A stretch of 64,000 bases of DNA. Source: Candidatus Latescibacterota bacterium. Lineage in GTDB: Bacteria; Latescibacterota; UBA2968. The stretch covers positions 6,016,001 to 6,080,000 of the forward strand of contig OZ240241.1 of NCBI GenBank assembly GCA_965198115.1, written 5' to 3'. Under the pieces are notes generated by a model. It saw nothing but the letters and a program-made list of their open reading frames with translations. It was not told where the DNA came from and searched no databases. Shown here piece after piece: positions 51,092 to 61,482 of the stretch. Numbering within the stretch: the first letter of the stretch is position 1; each line of letters starts with the position of its first letter. Position numbers and translations under genes: made by a program.

Positions 51092-52372
51092 ATGAACCTC
51101 TCCAATCAGCCACCCAGGTGCCCCTCGAACGCATCGCTCGCAGGCATCGTCGGCGTTGCCCGCCTGATCGACAAGGCGCGAGCGCACGTCAACGAAACCC
51201 TCGGCGATTTCGTCTACGGCAATGACTCTGGACTCGACCGAATTACACTCGAATTCCTCGAAATCGACGCCGATGACTTCGCCGAGGCCGCTGCTCGATA
51301 CAGCGACGAAGAACTCGCCGATTGGATTCATCGGGCGACCGATCTGACCGAAGCGGACATCGTGGCCTTCAACACCCACCATCTCGAGCGCGAGCCTGAC
51401 GAAGCCGGGATGGAGCGTCTGAAGACGCGCGTCGAACGTTACAAACCGGCAACGGTCCCCACGACCGTATTCGCTTCGATCGAGCTCGACGACTGGGGCA
51501 CCTTTCGCGAATGCGACCTCACGACCCACGCCCCGCGCTCACCTTATGACCGTGCGGTCGCCGGCATCTATGGTCTCGCGCGGATGGCCGACAAGGCGCG
51601 AGCCGACAAAAGCGGCAAACTCCACGATTACATCTACGACTGCCCGATCGACCAGGCCATCACTGCCTTCCTTTGTTTCACGGCGAAGGCCTACCAGGAA
51701 GCCGCCTGGCTCAATCCGAACGACATCGAGCTGGGCGAATGGGTCGACGCCAACAGCGATCGATCGGGCGCCGAGAAAGCCGCCTTCAACGCCGCCGTTG
51801 CCTCTCGACGACCCGCCGACGACCACGAACGCGAAGTTTTCGACAAAGGCATCGCTCGTGTTGCGCCTGGGCGAATCGACATCAAAGCCTGGTTCGATCT
51901 GCTCGACCTCGACGACGAAGCCAGCTACGGCACCACCGACCTGACGCGTCACCCACCGCGCAGTGTATTCGACGCGTCCGTTGGAGGCCTCATCCATCTC
52001 GCGCGAATGATCGACAAAGCCCGAGCAAAGAACAGGGGAACGCTCGGCGATTTCTGGTATGGCGAGGACTCCGGTTTCGACCGAAACCTGCTCGGCTTCC
52101 TCGACCTCACCCCCGACGCCTTCCAGACACTTGTCGCCAACGCTACGTCAGACGAAAAAGTGCTCGCCCAACTCGACATCAAATCCGAGTCCGATCGCGA
52201 AGCGTTCAATCAGGATCTATCCACACGCGGCCCCGATAACCCCGATGCAATGAAACGGCTCGCCGAAAGAATCCTGGCCCTCGATCCCACGCGAAGCGAT
52301 ATCACGACCTACGCCGGCTGGACCCAACTCGACGATGCCGTAATCTGGTCCCGCCGCAAAGCCGGTGTTTAG
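51092..52372 (+). CDS. Protein with three tandem DUF5069-like domains
   Basis: Three repeats of PR(C/S)...GxxxxARxxDKARA...GxLxDxxY...D. Confidence 0.82.
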   Translation: MNLSNQPPRCPSNASLAGIVGVARLIDKARAHVNETLGDFVYGNDSGLDRITLEFLEIDADDFAEAAARYSDEELADWIHRATDLTEADIVAFNTHHLEREPDEAGMERLKTRVERYKPATVPTTVFASIELDDWGTFRECDLTTHAPRSPYDRAVAGIYGLARMADKARADKSGKLHDYIYDCPIDQAITAFLCFTAKAYQEAAWLNPNDIELGEWVDANSDRSGAEKAAFNAAVASRRPADDHEREVFDKGIARVAPGRIDIKAWFDLLDLDDEASYGTTDLTRHPPRSVFDASVGGLIHLARMIDKARAKNRGTLGDFWYGEDSGFDRNLLGFLDLTPDAFQTLVANATSDEKVLAQLDIKSESDREAFNQDLSTRGPDNPDAMKRLAERILALDPTRSDITTYAGWTQLDDAVIWSRRKAGV

Positions 52373-52403
52373 ACAGCCCCATTCGCAAGCGATAGCGGTT
52401 TCT

Positions 52404-52464
52404 TTGGTCACTGGTCGATGGTCACCTGTCACTGGTCAGTCCCACCACCCACCGTCCACCAACT
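52404..52464. repeat. Adjacent 7-bp tandem arrays (TGGTCAC-type, then CCACCGT-type)
   Basis: ttggtcactggtcgatggtcacctgtcactggtca followed by ccaccacccaccgtccacc. Confidence 0.65.
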
Positions 52465-52467
52465 CCA

Positions 52468-53232
52468 ATGTCCGTCCCTAACGCTCAGCTCATCGACCTC
52501 CTCCGAGCTTCAAGCCGCATCCTCATCTTCACCGGCGCCGGCATCTCCACCTCCTCCGGCATTCCTGACTTCCGTGGTCCTCAAGGAGTCTGGAAGACCC
52601 GCCAACCGGTCTATTTTCAGGAATTCCTGGCCAGCGAGGATGCGCGCATCGAGTACTGGGATCAGAAACTGGAAGGCTGGGAGGCATTTCGCGACGCCGA
52701 ACCGAACACCGTACACCACGCTGTGGCCAACCTGGAGCGATCGGGCAAGGTCGAGTCCGTCGTTACGCAGAACATCGACGGCCTGCACGCAAAGGCCGGA
52801 ACGTCGGATGAACGTTTAGTCGAAATCCACGGCACGAACACCGAAATCGAATGTCTCGACTGCGGCCGTAGATCGAAACCGGACCTCTACTTCAAGGCTT
52901 TCGCCAAAACCCGAACCCCTCCTCGATGCGGTTGCGGGGGCCTCGTCAAAACGGCCACCATCAGCTTCGGACAAAACCTTCGCCCCGACGACATCGAACG
53001 GGCAACCGTGGCCGCCGGTCGTGCCGACCTCGTGGTCGCCATGGGCAGCACACTCTCCGTCTACCCCGCGGCCTCCATTCCGATCGAAGCGACCAGGGGC
53101 GGGGCCAAATACGTCATCATAAACCGCGGCGACACGGACCACGACGGCCAACCCTTCGTCACCCTCCGTATCGAAGCCGACGTCATCGACGCTTTTCCCC
53201 CGGCGGTGTCCGCAGTTTTGTCCGACGTTTAG
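52468..53232 (+). CDS. cobB: NAD-dependent protein deacylase, Sir2/CobB family
   Basis: FTGAGISTSSGIPDFRG, TQNIDGLH, EIHG, CxxC/CxC zinc site, GSTLSVYPAA. Confidence 0.93.
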   Translation: MSVPNAQLIDLLRASSRILIFTGAGISTSSGIPDFRGPQGVWKTRQPVYFQEFLASEDARIEYWDQKLEGWEAFRDAEPNTVHHAVANLERSGKVESVVTQNIDGLHAKAGTSDERLVEIHGTNTEIECLDCGRRSKPDLYFKAFAKTRTPPRCGCGGLVKTATISFGQNLRPDDIERATVAAGRADLVVAMGSTLSVYPAASIPIEATRGGAKYVIINRGDTDHDGQPFVTLRIEADVIDAFPPAVSAVLSDV

Positions 53233-53297
53233 ATTTCTCCACGCAAGGTCATCGCGGAAGGCTGTCCTGTATCATCTGCAATAGGGGCGAAGCCAGT

Positions 53298-53370
53298 CGT
53301 CACCGCCCACCGCCAACAACCGACCTGGTTTTTCGTCCACCGTCCACTGTTTACCGTCTACACGGTCTAC
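53298..53370. repeat. 7-bp degenerate tandem repeat (CCGTCCA type)
   Basis: caccgcccaccgcc...cgtccaccgtccactgtttaccgtctacacggtctac. Confidence 0.55.
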
Positions 53371-53496
53371 CTTGATCCCCACCCCGAAATTGCCTTTCAT
53401 TCCACTACGCCGTTCGTACCACGGTAGTTAGAACCACTCCCGAATACGTGGTTCCCGAGCCGTTCTCCGTATTCTCCGTGTCCTCAGTGGTAAGCT

Positions 53497-54153
53497 TTGG
53501 ATCCTCTCCTTACACAGGTCAAATCTCGCGTCGTCGGCTCCTTGATCGAAAAGGAAGTGACGACCCCCCAATACTATCCTCTCACACTCAACGCGCTGAC
53601 CAACGCGTGCAACCAAAAGTCGAATCGCAATCCTGTCATGACTCTGGAGGAAACCACCGTCCAGCGAGCCCTCCAGCAACTCATGGACAGGGGCTACGCA
53701 CGACGCATCGTCAGCGACGACAGTCGCGTTCCCAAATACCGCCAGCTGTTCACAGAAGCGTTGGGCTTCGATGACAGAGTGCGGGCGGTCGTGGGAGTCC
53801 TTCTCCTGCGCGGATCACAGACCGTGGGTGAAATTCGGGGTAGGACGGAGCGGCTCTACAAGTTCGAATCACTGGACGAAGTGGCCGACGTGCTCGAAAC
53901 ACTGAGCACGAGGGAACCAGATCCCTACGTTCAGCGTCTACCCAGACAGCCGGGCACGAAAGAATCCCGTGTCGCTCATCTCTTCTGCGGCGACGTCGAG
54001 GTCGAAGAAGCAGAAATCGTCGATACAGCTACCGTGACCGTCCAGGCCGAAAACGAACGCATCGCCCAACTCGAAGAGCAGGTCGCCACACTGCAGCAGC
54101 AACTGACCGACTTACAGTCTCAATTTCAAACATTCCGCAAACAATTCGAGTAA
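53497..54153 (+). CDS. YceH/DUF480 family protein
   Basis: RVVGSLIEKEVTTPQYYPLTLNALTNACNQKSNRNPVM, LLLRGSQT, PGTKESRVAHLF. Confidence 0.92.
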   Translation: MDPLLTQVKSRVVGSLIEKEVTTPQYYPLTLNALTNACNQKSNRNPVMTLEETTVQRALQQLMDRGYARRIVSDDSRVPKYRQLFTEALGFDDRVRAVVGVLLLRGSQTVGEIRGRTERLYKFESLDEVADVLETLSTREPDPYVQRLPRQPGTKESRVAHLFCGDVEVEEAEIVDTATVTVQAENERIAQLEEQVATLQQQLTDLQSQFQTFRKQFE

Positions 54154-54196
54154 TTGTTGCCCGTCCCTCGATTCTCGATATTCGAATCTCATTCCT

Positions 54197-54709
54197 ATGT
54201 CCGATCTGACCCACATCCTCCGCTTGCTCGATGATCCCTCGGAGTCCGTCAAGACTGCCATCGCGACCGCCCTCAGGGATCTTGGCCCCGACCTCGACTC
54301 CGCGCTCAACGATCTGGACCCACCCCCAACGGATGCTCAGCGGGCTCAGATCAGGTATCTTGTCGGAGAAACGGATCCCGACTCGGACGAAAAGCAGCTC
54401 TTCGAAATCGGCCAGCTCGTCAAGCACAAGCGCTATGGCTATCGTGGCGTGGTCGTCGACGTGGACGATTCGTGCCGGGCCGACGAGCAATGGTATCAGG
54501 GAAACCGAACCCAACCCGAACGCAACCAGCCCTGGTATCACGTGCTCGCAGACGGGTCGGACGGAATCTACTACCCCGCTCAGTCGAGTCTCGAACCGGA
54601 TGACGAATCCACCCCCGTCGAGAATCCCTACGTGGCACACTTCTTCACCGATTTCGCCAACGGCCGATACATTCGAAACGATCGCCCCTGGCCCCACCAC
54701 GAAGGCTGA
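54197..54709 (+). CDS. hspQ: HspQ/YccV-like protein with N-terminal helical extension
   Basis: FEIGQLVKHKRYGYRGVVVDVD, QPWYHVL. Confidence 0.85.
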   Translation: MSDLTHILRLLDDPSESVKTAIATALRDLGPDLDSALNDLDPPPTDAQRAQIRYLVGETDPDSDEKQLFEIGQLVKHKRYGYRGVVVDVDDSCRADEQWYQGNRTQPERNQPWYHVLADGSDGIYYPAQSSLEPDDESTPVENPYVAHFFTDFANGRYIRNDRPWPHHEG

Positions 54710-54764
54710 GTCTCATTTTGCATTTTAGCTTTTGAATTTGTATCCAGTTCCTCAGGAGAAGACC

Positions 54765-57668
54765 ATGACCTTGCGGCGTAGCTCCACGCTCCTTCTTTCG
54801 CTAACCGTTCTCCTATGGGTCACCCCTGCAGACGCTGGTTACAAGCGCATCAACGAGCCCAACCCTGCCGACGCCTCCAACGTCGCCATCTACCAGCTCG
54901 ACAACGGCCTGACCGTATACCTCACAGAGAACCACGAAAAGCCTGAATTCTACGCGGAGCTGGTCGTGCGGGCGGGCTACAAACACGATCCCCCCGAAAC
55001 GACCGGACTTGCCCATTACCTCGAGCACTTGCTGTTCAAGGGCACGCAAAAGATGGGCACGATCGATTGGGAAAAGGAAAAGCCCCACATCGACCGAATC
55101 GAAGAGCTCTACGAGCAACGGTTCGAGGAAACCGATCCGGAAAAGCGCGAGGCCATCTACGCGGAGATCAACAAGGAGTCCCAGATGGCCGCTCAATACG
55201 CGATCCCCAACGAAATCGATCGTCTTTATCAGGCCATGGGAACCACCTACGTGAATGCCCACACGTGGTTCGAAGAAACTGTCTATAAAGTCGGTCTGCC
55301 CTCGAACCGGCTCAAACAGTGGGCGGCGATCGAATCGGAACGGTTTCAGAATCCGGTCTACCGACTCTTCCAACCCGAACTCGAGATCGTCTACGAAGAG
55401 AAGAATCGAGCAATGGACAACAAGGAGCGCATCATCAACGAAGTGCTCGACCGAGCGGTGTTCAAAGTACACCCCTACGGCCAGCAGACCGGACTGGGCT
55501 CCGTCGAACATCTCAAGAAACCGTCGCTACGCAACATTCATCGGTTCTTCAGCAAGTATTATATCCCCGGAAATATGGCATTGATGATATCCGGTGATCT
55601 TGATACAGGCGAGACGATCGCTCTTGTCGATCGACATTTCTCCGCGTGGAAGAGAGGTCCGGTTCCCGAGTCACCGACTTGGGACGAGCCACCACTGAGC
55701 GGTATCGAACGTGTTGAAGCGACGTACGAGGGCGAAGAAAAAGTGCTCATCGCATTCCGAACGGCGCCTATCAGCCACATCGACGCTCCCGCCATGACAG
55801 TCGCTGATGAGATTCTCGACAACGCCCGCGCCGGACTCATGAACCAGCTTGTCCAGCGACAGGAAGTGCGCGGCGCATCCGCACATCGCGTGCTCATGAA
55901 CGATGCAGGTGTCGAGCAGCTGGAAGGGATTCCGAAGAAAGATCAGACCCTCGAAGACGTCGAGAAGCTTCTACTCGAACAAATCGACAGACTCAAAGCC
56001 GGCGACTTCAACGAGAACCTCATCACTGCCATCATCAACAACCAGAAAAAAGACCAGAAAGCCGAGCTGGAGGGGAACAACACACGCGTTGCCCGCATGC
56101 GGAATTCGTTCGTCCGTTTCGAGGATTGGGACCACACGGTCGGGGAGCTCGACCGGATGGCTCGAGTGACCAAAGAGGATGTGGTCAGAGTCGCAAATCG
56201 ATACTTCGGCGATGACTATGTTGTCGCCTACAGAAAAGACGCACCACACGAAGTCCCGAAAATCGAAAAACCCAAAATCGGCCCGATCGACATCGACGCG
56301 ACCCGCGAGTCGGAATTCGCCGCACGCGTGGCAGCCATACCTGCGAAGGAAATCGCACCCGACTTCGTCGATGCATCAGACTACACGCTCGTCGAATACG
56401 CGCCGGGCGCTCGTTTGTTCTACGCGAGGAATCCCGTCAACGACTTGTTCCTGTTTGAAATCAGTGTCGATCTCGGCTTCAACCAGGACAACCGAATCCA
56501 GTTCGCCCAAAAAATGCTCGACGTGTCCGGAACGGGCGATCTCAGTTCGGAACAGGTGAAGACCGAGTGGTTCAAGCTGGCAACGGACTTCAGCTTCGAC
56601 ACGGCGAACAATGAATCGAGCTACTCCATCTCGGGGCTCGACGAGAATTTCGCGTCATCGCTCACTCTGATGATGCGAGTCATCAAGGAGCCTGTGGCGA
56701 CCAAAGAGACGCTCGACGAGATGATCAACATCGTACTCGCCAACCGAGAGGATGCAAAGAAGGATCCTCGATCCATTCGATCCGCCCTCGCCCACCTCAA
56801 CAGAAACGGGCAAGAGTCTCGCTGGCTTCGCCAGCTGCCCAACGATGCGATTCAACAGTTCGCAGTCGCCGAGTTGCATACCCTTGCCCGCAGCCTCCTG
56901 GACTACGAACAGACCCTCTACTACGTGGGATCGCTACCGCTCGAAACAGTGCTCGCGGAACTCCGCTCGCAGCATCCCATTCAGAACGAGCTGAAGAAGC
57001 CGCCACCCTTCATGAACCTCGCGATACAGGCGCCGGAGTCCCACGTTCTGCGAATCTTCCACAAGGAAATGGCACAGGCGCAGGTCTACGTAGAGTACGG
57101 CGGCGAGGTCTTCAACGAGGCCACTGTCCCGTCCGCACAGGTCTTCCGGGAGTATTTCTCCGGAGGTATGTCAGGACTCGTCTTCCAGGAAATCAGGGAG
57201 GCCCGCGCACTGGCCTACGCCGCTTACGCGGGCTACGAACTCGGCAGCCGCGTCGGTGTACAGAACATGGCCTGGGGCGGAATGGGCACGCAGGCAGACA
57301 AGACTGCCGAGGCAATCGAAGCCTATCTCGAGCTCCACGATCAGATGCCCGTCACACAGGAAAGGTTCGATGCTGCCAAGGCGGCCCTCGTGAATACCTA
57401 CAAGAATGGCAAAACCGGATTCCGTGAGGTCCTCGGCACGGTCAGATCGTGGGAACGTCTGGGCCTGAACCCTGACCCACGGAAGGCTCGCTTCGAGGTC
57501 ATCAAACAAGCGGACCTGAACACACTGACGGGTTTCCACGGCAAACACATCAAGGGTCTTCCAAGACTCATCTCCATCGTCGGGGACACATCGAAAATCG
57601 ACGTGGGCCGTTTGAGCAAGATCGCTCAGCCCGAGTACGTCACCCTCGAAGACATCTTCGTCTTTTAA
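54765..57668 (+). CDS. M16 (insulinase-family) zinc metallopeptidase, secreted
   Basis: Signal peptide; GLAHYLEHLLFKGT (HxxEH); LVFQEIREARALAY; ATG 54765 with AGGAG RBS. Confidence 0.94.
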   Translation: MTLRRSSTLLLSLTVLLWVTPADAGYKRINEPNPADASNVAIYQLDNGLTVYLTENHEKPEFYAELVVRAGYKHDPPETTGLAHYLEHLLFKGTQKMGTIDWEKEKPHIDRIEELYEQRFEETDPEKREAIYAEINKESQMAAQYAIPNEIDRLYQAMGTTYVNAHTWFEETVYKVGLPSNRLKQWAAIESERFQNPVYRLFQPELEIVYEEKNRAMDNKERIINEVLDRAVFKVHPYGQQTGLGSVEHLKKPSLRNIHRFFSKYYIPGNMALMISGDLDTGETIALVDRHFSAWKRGPVPESPTWDEPPLSGIERVEATYEGEEKVLIAFRTAPISHIDAPAMTVADEILDNARAGLMNQLVQRQEVRGASAHRVLMNDAGVEQLEGIPKKDQTLEDVEKLLLEQIDRLKAGDFNENLITAIINNQKKDQKAELEGNNTRVARMRNSFVRFEDWDHTVGELDRMARVTKEDVVRVANRYFGDDYVVAYRKDAPHEVPKIEKPKIGPIDIDATRESEFAARVAAIPAKEIAPDFVDASDYTLVEYAPGARLFYARNPVNDLFLFEISVDLGFNQDNRIQFAQKMLDVSGTGDLSSEQVKTEWFKLATDFSFDTANNESSYSISGLDENFASSLTLMMRVIKEPVATKETLDEMINIVLANREDAKKDPRSIRSALAHLNRNGQESRWLRQLPNDAIQQFAVAELHTLARSLLDYEQTLYYVGSLPLETVLAELRSQHPIQNELKKPPPFMNLAIQAPESHVLRIFHKEMAQAQVYVEYGGEVFNEATVPSAQVFREYFSGGMSGLVFQEIREARALAYAAYAGYELGSRVGVQNMAWGGMGTQADKTAEAIEAYLELHDQMPVTQERFDAAKAALVNTYKNGKTGFREVLGTVRSWERLGLNPDPRKARFEVIKQADLNTLTGFHGKHIKGLPRLISIVGDTSKIDVGRLSKIAQPEYVTLEDIFVF

Positions 57669-57747
57669 CCAGGATGACGATATCGTTCCTCAAAGTGGGG
57701 CAGTGGCGCGACACACGTCGGCCCGCTGCCACATTTGGTTCCTTGCG

Positions 57748-58882
57748 TTGACGGCTGACGATCTCCGCATCCTCTGCTCCGACCTCGGAAGACGCCTGCT
57801 CGAAGAAGCTGACGCACTGCCTCACGACATTCTCCTCCGTCAGACACAACTCAGAAAATCCTATCCGCCCGAAGCCGCACGCGCAGCCACGAGTCTTTTG
57901 GAACTCCGCAAAACGGGCCAAGGCGAAATTTTCGGCTGCCGATCGCATGTTTTTCGACCGACAGGGGCTCGAACAGGCATCCGGTGACGTAATCGCCACC
58001 CATCGGGCAGAACGCTTTCACCGATTCGACTGCGTTGCCGACCTCTGCTGCGGCATCGGCGGAGATACCCTCGCGTTGACTCACGTTTCGAACGTCGTAG
58101 CCGTCGACATCAGCCCGGTTCGTGCGGCCATCACGGGTGCCAACCTGCAGAGCCTCGATCGGCCGGCCAAAGTCGTCTGCGCCGATGTCAGGCAATGGCT
58201 TCCCGACATCGACGCAGCCTTCCTCGATCCCGATCGTCGCGCGACCGGTCGCCGCGTGTTTCACACGGCCGACTACGTTCCGCAGATCGATGCCCTGCCC
58301 GCGGTGGCGAATCTCGGCATCAAAGTTGCCCCCGGTATCGATCACGCTGAGATTCCACAGGATTGCGAGGCTGAGTTCATCTCGGTCGAGAGGGAATGCC
58401 GGGAAGCCGTTCTCTGGAGGGGCGCCCTCAGGTCTGACGCCAAAATCAGAGCCACCGTATTACCTGCCGGGAAATCCATGTCGTGGTCGGATGTGGAATC
58501 CGTCGAGATCACGGATGTGAAGAGCTATCTCTACGAACCGGACAGGGCAGTGATCCGCGCCCACCTCATTGACCAGCTGGCGTCGGATCTCGTAGCAACC
58601 AAATTGGATGACCTCGTCGCCTACCTGACGTCGGACAGTCTCTCGAAAACGCCCTTCGCTCGAGCCTTCGAGGTCCGGGACGTCCTGCCCTTCAGCGTCA
58701 AACGTCTACAGGGATACGTGTCGGAGCATCGAATCGGCATCATCGACATCAAACGGCGTCGGTTTCCAATGGAACCCGACGCCGTCCGTCAACAACTCAG
58801 GCTGAAGGGGCAGAACCGGGCCACGTGCATCCTGACCCGCACCGGCGGGGGCCCGATCGCCATCTTCTGCGCACCGACGTAA
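57748..58882 (+). CDS. Class I SAM-dependent methyltransferase with THUMP-like C-terminus; apparent +1 frameshift in the A-run at 57910-57913
   Basis: Removing one A restores ELRKRAKAKFSAADRMFFDRQGLEQAS; ADLCCGIGGD, FLDPDRR, LYEPDRAVIRAHL. Confidence 0.82.
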
Positions 58883-59003
58883 GGGCGGACCCCGTCGGCC
58901 ATCGTCTTGTCACAATTCCGTCGAAGCTATATCTTTAAGCCCTTGATGAAACAATCACATACAGTTTCATGACCTCCGACTCTGACCTCTGACACCAGTT
59001 CCC

Positions 59004-59462
59004 ATGACGCCTAAACAGACCAAACTCGCACTCGGCATCACCGTCATCGTCATCAGCATCGTCTCGCTCGTCGTCACCGGCGTCCAAAAAACGTCGATGT
59101 ACTACTTCACGGTCGCCGAACTCGAGGCACGCGAAGCCGATTTCATCGGGAAGAAGATCAAACTCGCGGGAAAAGTCGTACCGGGATCCATCATTCGTGA
59201 TAACGCCACGCTGAACCTCAGTTTCCGTGTCTGGGAGCCCTTGGGCGAAGAAGATCATACCCTCCCGCGTGTCGTCCATTACCAGGGCATCGTGCCAGAC
59301 ACGTTCCGCGATGAATCGGACGTCATCCTCGAGGGAAAAACGCGAAGCGACGGGACTTTCGTTGCCGAACACCTGCTGGCCAAGTGCCCGTCCAAGTACG
59401 AAAGCAAGAGCTACGACGAGATGAAGGCGCTCCACAAAGACAAACCTGTCTCCAAATCCTGA
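59004..59462 (+). CDS. ccmE: Cytochrome c maturation heme chaperone CcmE (CxxxY variant)
   Basis: N-terminal TM, YYFTV, GKVVPGS, YQGIVPDTF, LLAKCPSKY. Confidence 0.92.
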   Translation: MTPKQTKLALGITVIVISIVSLVVTGVQKTSMYYFTVAELEAREADFIGKKIKLAGKVVPGSIIRDNATLNLSFRVWEPLGEEDHTLPRVVHYQGIVPDTFRDESDVILEGKTRSDGTFVAEHLLAKCPSKYESKSYDEMKALHKDKPVSKS

Positions 59463-59463
59463 C

Positions 59464-61482
59464 ATGCCCGCGTTAGGATCCTTCCTCCTCCACCTCGCAC
59501 TCTTCGCATCGGTTTACGCAGTCATCGCCGGTATCGCGGCTGCCAAAACACGACGTCTCGATCTCACCATCAGTTCTGAGCGAGCGATCACGGCGCAGTT
59601 CGTTCTCATCCTCATTTCTTTCATCCTGCTCGAAGTCCTGCTCCTGACCGATCGTTTCGACGTTTACTTTGTCGCCAAAAGCTCCAGCCGCGATCTTCCA
59701 ACACCCTACAAATTCACCGCGCTCTGGTCGGCCATGGAGGGTTCTCTGCTCCTCTGGTCGTTGGTCCTGGCCTCCTTCACCTTCGCTGCAGTCCACATCG
59801 TCAAACGCAGAAGGGGGCCCGGCGCAGCCTACGCCACGGCCATCATGGCGGCGAACCAGGTCTTCTTCCTCGGCATCATCCTGCTCTACGAGAATCCGCT
59901 ACGACTCATCAGCGACGTCGAGAATGTGCCGATCGGATTCTCACCCCCCGACGGCCAGGGCATGAACCCGCTCCTCGTTCACCCTGTCATGGCCATTCAC
60001 CCACCCATTCTCTACAGCGGCTACGTCGGATTCGTCGTGCCGTTCGCGTTCGCCATGGGCGCTCTCATCAGCCGGAACCTCGATGAGGAATGGATCCGGA
60101 CTACCCGTCGCTGGACGCTCGTACCGTGGTTCTTGCTCGCGGTCGGTCAATTGCTAGGCGGCAAGTGGGCTTATGTCGTTCTCGGGTGGGGCGGATATTG
60201 GGGATGGGACCCAGTCGAAAACGCGGCCCTACTACCGTGGCTGACTGCGACCGCGTTCATCCATTCGGTCATGATTCAGGAAAAGAAGGGCATGCTCAAA
60301 GTCTGGAACATTGTGCTCATCCTCACGACCTATGCCCTGTGCATCTTCGGCACCTTCATCACCCGGAGCGGCGTCGTCTCCTCGGTCCACACATTCGCCC
60401 AATCGCCGATCGGCCCACGATTCCTGGGCTTCGTCATTGCCATTATCGCTTTCTCCTCCTACTTCCTCGTCAAGCGGTTCGACCTGCTCAAGTCCGAGGC
60501 GCATTACGATTCACCCGTTTCGCGCGAGGGCGGATTTCTACTCAACAACCTGCTCTTCCTCGGTGCGACCTTCGCCGTCCTGTGGGGAACGATGTTTCCG
60601 GTGCTCTCGGAGGCCGTCACAGGATCGAAGATTACAGTGGGCCCCCCGTTCTTCAACACTGTGATCATTCCGATCGGACTGACCCTGATGCTCCTCACGG
60701 GCGTTGGACCTCTGCTCGCCTGGCGCAAGACGTCATCCGCTGGACTCAAGAAACACTTTACGTGGCCGTCTCTGGTTGCGCTCCTAACTGGGGCGGGTTG
60801 TGTCGCCCTCGGAATGCGCGATGTCTACGCCATCATCTCTTTCAGCCTGTGTGCGTTCGTCATCGTCACGATCGCCTCCGAATTCCACCGTGGCGCCAAA
60901 GCACGGGGCAGCAGCTCGAACGAGCCCTATTTCAAGGCCCTCTGGACACTGTGTGGCCGCAACAAACGTCGGTACGGCGGCTACATCGTACACTTCGGAT
61001 TCGTGCTCCTCTTCATCGGCTTCACCGGCAACGCCTTCAACGAAATGGGCGAGGTCTCACTCAAAAAAGGTGACAGCTTCGAAATCGGCGGCTACCGCGT
61101 CGATTACGAAGGTTACGACTTCAACCGGGGACCGATGATAGAAGTCATTCAGACCCAGCTCGGAGTCTACGTCGGCGGACAGCGTCTGGGAACCCTCTAC
61201 CCGGAGCAGCACATCTACTACAGGCGCCCGGACCAGCAGCGTACCACCGAAGTCGCTGTCCGCTCTGACTTGCGAGAGGATCTCTACGTCCTCTACGAAG
61301 GCCAGAGCCAGGATGGCACCGCGTTCTTCACTTTCTACGTAAACCCCCTCGTCATGTGGGTCTGGATCGGTGCGTGGGTCATGACCATCGGAATGGTCGT
61401 CGTCATCTCGCCCGACAAACGCGAAAAGATTCGTCGTCGACGGCTGGCCGGAGCTCCGCAGCAGCAGGAGGCCGTAGCATGA
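59464..61482 (+). CDS. ccmF: Cytochrome c heme lyase CcmF
   Basis: EGSLLLW, GMNPLL, IHPP, WAYVVLGWGGYWGWDPVENA (WWD motif), RYGGYIVHFG. Confidence 0.97.
   Translation: MPALGSFLLHLALFASVYAVIAGIAAAKTRRLDLTISSERAITAQFVLILISFILLEVLLLTDRFDVYFVAKSSSRDLPTPYKFTALWSAMEGSLLLWSLVLASFTFAAVHIVKRRRGPGAAYATAIMAANQVFFLGIILLYENPLRLISDVENVPIGFSPPDGQGMNPLLVHPVMAIHPPILYSGYVGFVVPFAFAMGALISRNLDEEWIRTTRRWTLVPWFLLAVGQLLGGKWAYVVLGWGGYWGWDPVENAALLPWLTATAFIHSVMIQEKKGMLKVWNIVLILTTYALCIFGTFITRSGVVSSVHTFAQSPIGPRFLGFVIAIIAFSSYFLVKRFDLLKSEAHYDSPVSREGGFLLNNLLFLGATFAVLWGTMFPVLSEAVTGSKITVGPPFFNTVIIPIGLTLMLLTGVGPLLAWRKTSSAGLKKHFTWPSLVALLTGAGCVALGMRDVYAIISFSLCAFVIVTIASEFHRGAKARGSSSNEPYFKALWTLCGRNKRRYGGYIVHFGFVLLFIGFTGNAFNEMGEVSLKKGDSFEIGGYRVDYEGYDFNRGPMIEVIQTQLGVYVGGQRLGTLYPEQHIYYRRPDQQRTTEVAVRSDLREDLYVLYEGQSQDGTAFFTFYVNPLVMWVWIGAWVMTIGMVVVISPDKREKIRRRRLAGAPQQQEAVA

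Noticed and set aside
49870-53232. Anti-phage defence island (methylase + Sir2)
   Set aside because: The Sir2 is a canonical zinc-containing CobB-type deacylase, not a Thoeris/DSR NADase, and no restriction endonuclease is present
57905-57915. Programmed frameshift in the THUMP-like methyltransferase
   Set aside because: A single extra A in a short homopolymer with no canonical slippery heptamer; most likely sequencing error
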